A stretch of DNA of 64,000 nt from assembly GCF_009914755.1 (NCBI RefSeq), contig NC_060932.1; one strand, 5' to 3'. Positions 53,604 through 64,000 of this stretch are shown here, piece by piece (position 1 is the stretch's first letter; each line of letters begins with the position of its first letter). This DNA is from the human T2T-CHM13v2.0 reference genome, Homo sapiens. The notes beneath the pieces were generated by a model. It saw nothing but the letters and a program-made list of their open reading frames with translations. It made no database searches and was not told the origin of the DNA. Position numbers and translations under genes: made by a program.

Positions 53604-54055
53604 TGTGGTTGCTCTAATGATGGTATCCAAAGAATCACACCTACCAGTATTGACTAAGCTTGACTGTGTGATGTAAGTTGAAGCATGATAAATGCTCATG
53701 CATGGGGCTTGCCTGCTTACAGCCTTGAAATCATCAAGGCTGAAAGTGTTCAGATTATCCTATTTGAGGCTGAAAGATTCATAGACAAAGAGTGACCACC
53801 ACCCCTCAAAAAAAAAGTGAGAGAGACCATGTGGAAAGAGAGAACATGAAGAGAAGGTTCTCATGGAAAGAACAAGACCACATCATCTGGGAGGAACCAG
53901 CCCCAGCTGACAAGCAGGGATGTGAGTGAACCCAGGCAAGATCAACAGAAGTAGCACCCAACTAACCCAGAGAACTGTGAGAAGTAATAAACATTGTTGT
54001 TTTAAGCTACTAAGTTTCAGGATGGTTTCTTAGGCAGTGATAAGTAATAGATACA
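53604..54055 (+). mobile_element. MLT1G/H-like MaLR LTR
   Basis: TG start; AATAAA cattgttgttttaagctactaagttt…gataCA end. Confidence 0.75.
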
Positions 54056-54059
54056 GAAG

Positions 54060-54835
54060 GTAATTTTGTTTATTCATTCAACAGATATTTATTGGGTTTA
54101 TTAAGTATTTACTGTGTGGAAATCACTACGCTAGAATTTGACCATAATTTGTAGAGCCTTGTATTATTACTTGGTAATGATTCATTGTCTCTCTGCCCTA
54201 ACTCCAGCCGTGACAAATTCAATTGCTGTTGTTTTAATTCAGGGCTTTGTCATGTCTTACCTCTTGTAATAACATCCCAGTTGTTCTCCCTTTCATTCCA
54301 GCCTCTTTGTTGTAAAACAAAAACCTGACCTGTATTATACTCCTGTTTAAATTTCTTCAATGGCTTATCATAACCTTCAGATCAAATTTTTAGATTTCTT
54401 TACATGCATCATCTAATACCATTTATACTCTCTTACCCATTGTTTAATAACTTATGGTTTTCTAAATAAGCAATGCTTACTCTGGTATTGCAACCGATGC
54501 ACATGTTGTTGTCTTGGCCTGAAAGGCCTTCTCTGATTTGTCTTCCTAGAAAAAACTTACACATATGTCAGGATAGAGTCAAATGCATACGTGCATATAT
54601 TTTTCTCCAATAACTCCAGATGAGATGGATCATTCTCTCTTTTTCATATCATTCTACCACTGTCCATTGCATATCACTCTAATATCATAACACTTGTCAC
54701 ATATGTTGATATGCTGTTTTTCCTTCTAGATTGTGAGCTTCGTGAGAGCAAAGGATTCTATCTTTTTTACCTTTGTGTACTCAGCTCTTTAATTTGTAAT
54801 ACATAGTAGACACTCTGTAAATATTTCTTGAGTAA
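54060..54835. mobile_element. L2 fragments
   Basis: attcattcaacagatatttatt (minus strand) and ctagattgtgagcttcgtgagagcaaaggat…catagtagacactc (plus strand). Confidence 0.6.
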
Positions 54836-55857
54836 TGCCTTTGTGTGTAGGCCACAGAAAAATCACTGAGTATTTTATGGGAAGGAACTCTTAAAAAATT
54901 AATTCAGGCATTAGTGTGAAAGAGGGAAGAAATAAAGGCAAATTTATCCCATTCTTAAACTATTTAACTACTTCAGTGGTCAAGGTAAGACATGAGGATG
55001 GCTGGAACTAAGGCAGCAGGAATAGAAGAGGCAAAATGGGCATGACATAGCAGAATCTCTAAATAGGAAGAACGAACAATTACAAGATTTTTTTAAGTTT
55101 ACCTTGGACGAATGAGTAAATGGTGATACCAGTAACAGATATAGAAAATACCAAAAGAGCAGGTTTTGTGATGAAAAAAAAAGGAGTAAAAGGAAATAAT
55201 CGTCAACATATTGCCTATCCAGGGTGAATTTCAAGGATGTGGCAGTTCTCTCTGGAAAGGGAAACTAACTGTTCATACTAATGAAGGTTACTTTTAGAAG
55301 GAGGATAAAAATCGCTGTGGCACTAGAAAATCCCTGTGAAGGATGGCCTGAATGGACTAGTTCACATTTAATTTGGAACTCATAAGAAAGGTAAATGAAC
55401 CTAGGTTGGCAAATAATATGCTGAGTAATCTTTAAACTTCTCCCAGGAGATATCTGATATGCAAACAGTTGTGTTTTATGCTACAGTCTACAATCATAAA
55501 TTCTTCAAGAAAATGAGGTACCTAAATAGACAGTAACAGTCCCATTTTAGTGATGCTACGACTAAGGTAATTATCATCATACAGAATAACAATGGTTACT
55601 GACATAATGGAGTGAATTTGGTAGCTCCTACTGCAGCAATGGCATCATAGAAATGATTCTCCTGAAATTTCATCCATGTGTTACAAAATTGCAAGAGTCT
55701 TCTCTTTGATTCTTCTTCAATCATTTATTGTCCAACAACAATTATCCAACAGCTGGTATACCAAATTAGTGCCTTTTCCTCGGACTAGAAGTCTTAATGG
55801 CTCTGACAAGACTTTATTTCTGTGTTTCTTACATCAGATGAAGAGTTTCAAATAACA

Positions 55858-56201
55858 CAGCAGTCCCTAACTTTTTCGGCACTAGGGACCAGCTTCATGA
55901 AAGACGATTTTTCCATGGACAGTGATGGGGCTGAGGGGAGAGGGATGGTTTCAGGATTGAAACTATTTCACTTCAGATCATCAGGTATTGAATTCTCATA
56001 AGAAGTGCACAAAATAGATCCCTCGCATGTGCAGTTCATAATAGGGTTCATGCTCCTATGAGAAATCTATTGCTGCAGCTGATCTATCTGACAGGAGGTG
56101 GAGCTCAGGCGGGTGGTTGCTCACCAGCCGCTCACCTGCTGTGCAGCCTGGTTCCCAACAGGCCACAGACTGATACCGGTCCCAGGGGTTGGGGACCCCT
56201 G
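55858..56201. mobile_element. MER1B hAT MITE
   Basis: CAG…TCCCTAAC / GTTGGGGACCCCTG TIRs; perfect 8-bp TSD AAATAACA (55850-55857, 56202-56209). Confidence 0.9.
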
Positions 56202-58486
56202 AAATAACACATTACCTATGACAACACCCTCTAATCATGCTAGTTTCTCTGGGCAAGTTGAACTTCCTGTTTCAATTTTTCTCAGATATAAATTCATGAG
56301 AAATAGCTTACTAGAGAGGGGATTTGAGAAATTAAGCCATATATTATTTCTTCAGAGTATTCCTTAATAAAAAGAAGAGACAAAGTCAAATGTTGTGGGA
56401 TATTTAAAAAACCCATAAAACTAACACTTCAAAGCCTTGAATTCTGAGATAATTAGGGCAGCAAAGAAACACTTGATGCATCTACAAAGCAGAAATTAAA
56501 TAGGGCAGTTGAGGGGATCAAAACCAAAATGGAAGAAGGTGAAGCTCAAACTTGGAGTGTGGATTTTATCTAGACTCCCAACTACATTGCTGTTAACAAC
56601 AAAAAAGAGATCAGAGATAGGTTCTCATGTAGTTTGAAATATACCAAGAAGCAGTAATAGTTGGCAACTGCTACTTCTGGTCCTCTTTCATTGTTTTGCT
56701 TAAAGCAAGAAAAGCCAAGTGACATAGTAGAGCTTCACAATAGATTTATTCCCCGTCTTCTAGTCACTACACCAGCGAGACAGCTCGTGATATTCTTCTG
56801 ATAACTACAATGGGTTAATACTTCACTGAACTCTGGAGGCCAAGTGAGTTAGCTCCCAGAAGACACGAATGTCATCAACCAAATAAAACCTTACACAGCA
56901 CCACATATAATCCTGATGTAGCTAGAAGTCTGTGCCTTACCTAGAAGGATGCATCTACTCTCATCCCTCCTCCAGAGACTGCACTTGGGATATTGTACAC
57001 CACAATATCCTTCTACTGTATCAGCAAGATGGAGCAGATCCTGTAACTGGAGCCTGAGCTGATACTTGTGGTAACTCAGGAACATATAACATCTACTCTC
57101 TTTGTAATTTGGGCAGTGCTATCTTGGAGGCTGCTTGATAAGTTAGGTGATAGTGAAATTAAGTCCTTTAGGTGCATTGTCAGTTTGTTGTGAAGCTGAG
57201 TTTATTTGCAAGGTAAGTAGTTCTGCCTGTGCAATTGCCAGCAAGTTAAATCAAGACAGAAATCTACCCCTTAAAGGAGTTGCTTTTATTAAGAAGAGCG
57301 TGTCACTGGCTGTGATGGATACAGACACTATATTTCCAAAGAATAGCAAAAAGCACATGGCCCTTAACATAGCTGATGCTTGTGAAATATTTTTCTTTTA
57401 TTTTAGCCACAATATTAACTACATGCTTTTGCTTTTAAAATTTTTTCTAATTTGATTCTTTTGTTTTAAAAATATATTTTCCAAGAGTAGCCATGAATTG
57501 ATCATTATGGTTTGACAATGGGATCATTTTTCAATTTGTTTTACTTTTGTGAGTGTTTAAATTTTTCTATTAATAAAATATTTTAAAAATATGTCTTCTA
57601 ACCAGGTTTTTCAATAGCTTTTTAAAAGTAGCTTTTCTTATGCTGCTGCAATTTCAAATTTCAAATTTGAAACTATAAGTTTTATTAATTATGCAATCTC
57701 TAAGTGGTTGTACAATTTTCATTGTATTTCCATTTGCCTATTTACTTGTCAACACTTATCACTGCTTTTGTCCTTTAGTTTATTCAGTCTTTAATATAGT
57801 TTAGGAAGAACTCATTTAATGAATGCATGATACTGACCTGGATATTTAAGATCATGATGAGCAAATTTTAGTTCTTGCTTTCAAGGAATCTATTTTTTAA
57901 AGACAGATATGTGCCACACATCAGATTTTGATAAATATTTTAGTAAAGGTTGTCCTGTGAGGATTAATTCCAGCAGGCCTGGAATCAGCCGTAGCTCATT
58001 TGCTTAAGTCTCTGTATGACACTGACTGTTAGCCAGTTAAGAGTAGTGCTCTGTAACCATGAGTCTGATGATCTGTGTTTATCCCTTAGCAGAGAAAAAC
58101 CAAAGAAAATAGAATTTCATGAGATCTTTCATATCTCATGAAGATATTTAGTAGATTAGAGAGTTTGAGAAGAATGAGTATTGTAAAGAGATTTTTAAAT
58201 TTGTTAAACCCTTTTCAGAGGGCAACCGTCTGAAAAGAGGTTTCAATTCAAGAGGGAACAGGAAAAGAAATTTGGTGGCAAAAGAGAAAAGGAGAAATGA
58301 GGCTAGAGTTTGAAGAGGAAAATGGTTGACAGGAAATTTATTTAGGGTTGGTGAAGAAATAAAACACCTGGAGGCTAAGGACAAAGATTGGAATAGGGGG
58401 CAAGTTGAAACGCAAGAGATGAGAAGAATTGTTGGGTGATGCCTTGGACAAGGGGATGAGGATGAAATCAAGAGAGTGCTGTTTCT

Positions 58487-58714
58487 GGCTGGGCACGGTG
58501 GCTCACATCTATAATCTCAGCACTTTGGGAGACCAAGGCAGGTGGATTGCTTGAGGTCAGGAGTTCAAGACCAGCCTGTCCAACATGGTGAAACCCCGTC
58601 TCTACTAAAAATACAAAAATTAGTCGGGTGTGGTGGCGGGCACCTGTAATCCTAGCTACTTGGGAGGTTGAGGCAGGAGAATCACTTGAACTTCGCTTGT
58701 GCCATTGCACACAG
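58487..58714 (+). mobile_element. AluS, tailless with internally deleted right arm
   Basis: Perfect 16-bp TSD AGAGAGTGCTGTTTCT (58471-58486, 58715-58730); no poly-A. Confidence 0.92.
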
Positions 58715-59309
58715 AGAGAGTGCTGTTTCTTTTGTGAAAGAGAAAGAAAAAAATATTAATTATATAAAAATAAAGCAGAACATATATTTCACAGGCCAGA
58801 ATGTTTGGAATCTTAGGATAGTCATTTTACCATTTAAAAATGAATAGCACATAGTATGTAGGTGCATTGTTTCAAAGCAAAATATGTGAAATGGGTACAG
58901 GTTGTCCTGGAGCAAAAATCTTCTACCAATCTTAACCTATCTATATTTACACCTTCAGAGCAATAAGCATTTTCTTATGGATTCAGGTTTTCTTTGGCCA
59001 TCTGGCTTTGCTCTCTTAAGTGTTTTCTACTGTGGCTTTTAAGTCCCTCAATACCATCTGTCTCCATGTATAAATGTTCTGCGACACACTACTGGGATGA
59101 AGAATGGCATATTTTTAAGAAAGCATTCCATTAAAGTTGACAGGCCTTCAAACTGACCTGACTGTATTATAATATTTTCTTTAACTTGTTCCCCAAATTA
59201 ACTGATTCTTCTAAAATTAAGCTTGACTATTACATTTATTAATTTTCCATTTAAAAATTTGTCCCCTAATATTTTACACATAGAATTTTAGTTAGCTTTA
59301 CATCAGTAT

Positions 59310-60880
59310 ACCCTTCTAATTCCAGCCAAAATGGAATAATAGGAACTAGATTTACCCTCCTTCTGGAAACATTAACAAATGAGCAAATTATAAGGAGCTA
59401 CAAATTTCAAGTCACTGAAGAAAAGGGAATGAATGATAATGATCTATCAGAGATGAGAAAAATGAGATGATTCCTATGATTGCTCTAGTTTTTTGCCTTA
59501 AGAGAGTTACAAGGCCATGATGCAAGGAGCAGGAATGCAGGCAAAGATTGGCTGACTCCCTGAGTTAAGGATACAGAGCTGAGTGGCCAGGGAAATCAAA
59601 GGGGCTATAATTTACAAGACAAAGTACCAGAAAGGAGAGATCTGCACAGAGAGAACTCTGAAGATCTGCAGATCATCTTCCTGAAGTAGTCAGGTGATTA
59701 CTGATTAACACATGTGTGTTAGGAGACAAGCTGAGTCTGAGGAAAGAACTGCCCCAAAGTATGGAGTTAAGAGTGCCCAATGCTCACTTGCATGTCAGTT
59801 ACCACCAGCCAGCATGGAAAACCTCATGATTCATGAAACCCTGGGTAGATTACACAGCGGGTCCTTGGTACTTAGGAATAATTAACCCCAGACTGAGCTC
59901 CAGTCTTGCCTAGCAAATTCTAAAAGCAAGATATGAAAGGATCAAACTGTTTCCAATAACTTATAACTTGTGTCTCAGAAAAAAGCTCAAGAATATGTAC
60001 AGGAATACAAAAATATCCAGAACCTAACAAGGTAAAATTCACAGTGTCTGCTTTCCAATAAAAAAGTACCAGTCATGTAAAGAAGCAAGAAAATATAAGC
60101 CACAATGAGGAGATAATCAATAAAAACTAACCTGGAACTGATACAGGTATCAGAATTAGCAGATAGGAACGTTAAAGTACTTATTATAATTGTATTCTAT
60201 TTGTTCAAAAAGTTAAGTTGAGACGTGGAAGATATAACCAGACCTAACTTGAACTTCCAGAGATGAAAACTACAATATAAGAAGTATAAAATACTTTGGA
60301 CAGGATGAATTGCAAATTAGACATTTCAGAATAAAAGATTAATGAACTTCAAGCCAGAGCACTGGAAACTATCCAAAATCAAAAACAGAGAGGAAAGAGA
60401 CTGAATGAGCATGAATGAGCTGGGCAAAAACTTCAGGTGGCCTAATGTACATGTAATTGGTGTCCCCAAAGGAGAGGACAAAAGTGAGAACAAAAATATT
60501 TAAAGAGATGATGACCAAATTTTTCTAAATGTAATGAAAATAAAAAATTTAACTTAATAAAAATTTTATAAATTTAATTCTGTTGTCTCACATATCTGAG
60601 GCTTTGCCCACAGATCCAAGAAGCCAACAAACCCCAAGTTCAGGAGGGATAAAGAATACTCAACCAAGGCCCATTATAAAACCAGATTGCTCAAAACAAG
60701 TGATAAAGAGAAGATCTTAATAAGATCCTGAGAAAAAATGACATATCACATACAGTGGAATAAATATAAGATGGCAGCAGATTTCTAATCAGAAACAATG
60801 CAAGTAAGAAGACAATAAAGCAGCATCTTTAAAGTATTGAGAAAAATAAAAGATTGAACAAGAGTTTTATAACCGGTGAA
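59310..60880 (+). mobile_element. Old L1M 5' UTR/ORF1 fragment (sense)
   Basis: gcaaattagacatttcagaataaaagattaatgaact, cccacagatccaagaag and gaaacaatgcaag ORF1 motifs. Confidence 0.75.
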
Positions 60881-62530
<1,650 letters not shown>

Positions 62531-63108
62531 ACTTGATTTAACTTCTACATTTAGGAGTGCAATCTACTGTATTTTTTTCTTAATGTTGTGAGGTAAACAA
62601 CAACTTTCATTTTTTCTTATTAATAGCCAGTTAACTCAGCATAATTTATTTAAAAGACAATCCTTCCACATTGAACTACCATAGAACCTTTGCATGCTAC
62701 CTTTAAAAAAAACTGATACTAAATACTTTAAAATTTAATATCAGTTAAATACAACCTATTGACTTTTACTGTTCTGAGAGAAGATTTTTTTTTGTATATA
62801 ATGATAGAAGCCATATTAGGTGATGACACCAATCATAGAACCAAAGCTTAAGAACTTTCCGTTATCTAAGGTTACAATGCAAAGCAATAGCAATATTGGA
62901 CTATCAGTGCTTTTAGAATTAACCATTTTATTTTTCCTTTTTTCACAGCTGCTAATTATGAGAATGTAAAATCTTTCATTGGAAATAAATCTAGTTCTTT
63001 CTATAATACTTAGCCCTTTTTGAATGGACAAATTAATAATTATAATACTTTTACGAGTAACAACAAGAACAACAACAAAAAGATTAATTGATCTTATTGT
63101 CTCATTAC

Positions 63109-64000
63109 TGTGGTGACTGATCTTTACAGATGGCCTCTCAATGAACCAGGCCTCTTGATGTTCACACCTCTTTCCTTATAGTATATATTATATACTATAT
63201 ACTATAATATATAGTATATATTGTGTGCTATATACTATAATATATAGTATATATTGTGTGCTATATACTATAATATATAGTATATATTGTATGCTATATA
63301 CTATAATATATAGTATATATTGTATGCTATAAACTATAATATATAGTATATATTGTATGCTATAAACTATAATATATAGTATATATTGTATGCTATAAAC
63401 TATAATATATAGTATATATTGTATGCTATAAACTATAATATATAGTATATATTGTATGCTATATACTATAATATATAGTATATATTTCCTCATAGTATAT
63501 GGGCTTGCCATGTGTAACCAATATGCAGTGAAAGTGACACTACAGAGTTGTGTGTCTGGATTATAAGAGGATTTGCATCTTCCACATTTTATTGGAACAT
63601 GTGCTTTGGGGAAATCCACCCCCCACATTAGAAACCATCTACTCTTGAGACTGTCATATTTTAAGAATTCTCACAGTGCCATATGGAGAGGTTGCATGAA
63701 AAGAGGGTGAGAGGAAGGAGAGAGAGAGAAGGGAAGGGAGGGGCAAGGAGGAGAGAATAGAATACTGGGCTTGGCCATTCCTCAGATGTTCCAGGCATAT
63801 CAGCTGGGGTGGCAGATATATGAGTGAAGGAGCCATGTTGAACATATAGCCCAAGCGAGCCTTCAGCCCCAGCGACCATATGACTGCAGTCACATAAGAA
63901 ATCTAGCAAGAACTGCCTATGTAAGCCCATTCAACTCATGGAAACATGAAATATAATAAGAAACTGTTCTTTTAAGCCACCCAGTTTATGGGTAATTTGT
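63109..64000 (+). mobile_element. MLT1G/H-like MaLR LTR interrupted by a minisatellite; runs to window end
   Basis: tgtggtgactg…aatgaacc…; …gaactgcctatgtaagccc…ttttaagccacccagtttatgggtaatttgt. Confidence 0.75.
63177..63486. repeat. 33-bp AT-rich minisatellite, about 9.4 units (TATACTATAATATATAGTATATATTGTATGCTA)
   Basis: Units start at 63198, 63231 … 63462; produces the 11-aa periodic ORF. Confidence 0.97.

Noticed and set aside
57117-57218. Possible + strand exon ending in AAG|GTAAGT
   Set aside because: Only an isolated donor and a weak acceptor; no partner exons or transcript evidence visible.
57970-58142. Faint tRNA-derived SINE-like segment and adjacent 10-bp hairpin TTCATGAGAT…ATCTCATGAA
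   Set aside because: Similarity too degenerate to call by eye; an AT-rich 10-bp stem is compatible with chance.
63188-63628. 146-aa ORF with IIVYSIQYILY repeats; CRISPR-like periodicity
   Set aside because: Translation of a 33-bp minisatellite. Units are contiguous with no unique spacers, and the DNA is eukaryotic.

Overview
Primate (almost certainly human, chr8q21 by gene identity) genomic DNA. The first 4.6 kb holds the 5' end of CALB1 (calbindin-D28k) on the minus strand: exons 1-3, a TATA-like box, GC boxes and an RE1/NRSE in the 5' UTR. About 7.3 kb upstream, on the same strand, is a 5,648-bp HERV-H provirus (11870-17517) with two 434-bp LTR7-family LTRs, a tRNA-His PBS, a 5-bp TSD and a perfect GTAAGT donor in its leader. 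That donor can splice to CALB1 exon 2, skipping the RE1-bearing exon 1 and leaving Met58 as the first in-frame AUG. This HERVH-CALB1 chimera has, to my recollection, already been reported; several mechanistic details read here are inference and may be new. The remaining ~46 kb is gene-poor and repeat-rich: nested L1s, MER52 and MER57 LTRs, a full-length Tigger1, Alus, MaLR LTRs, MER1B, a fossil hAT transposase, and a palindromic 33-bp AT-rich minisatellite. It also contains unusual retrotransposition products (35-nt U2 fragment with TSD, truncated 7SL, tailless Alu with TSD, poly(A)-only insertion). Most ORFs in the supplied track are repeat-derived or spurious. Repeat subfamily names come from recalled consensus sequences and many repeat boundaries are approximate.
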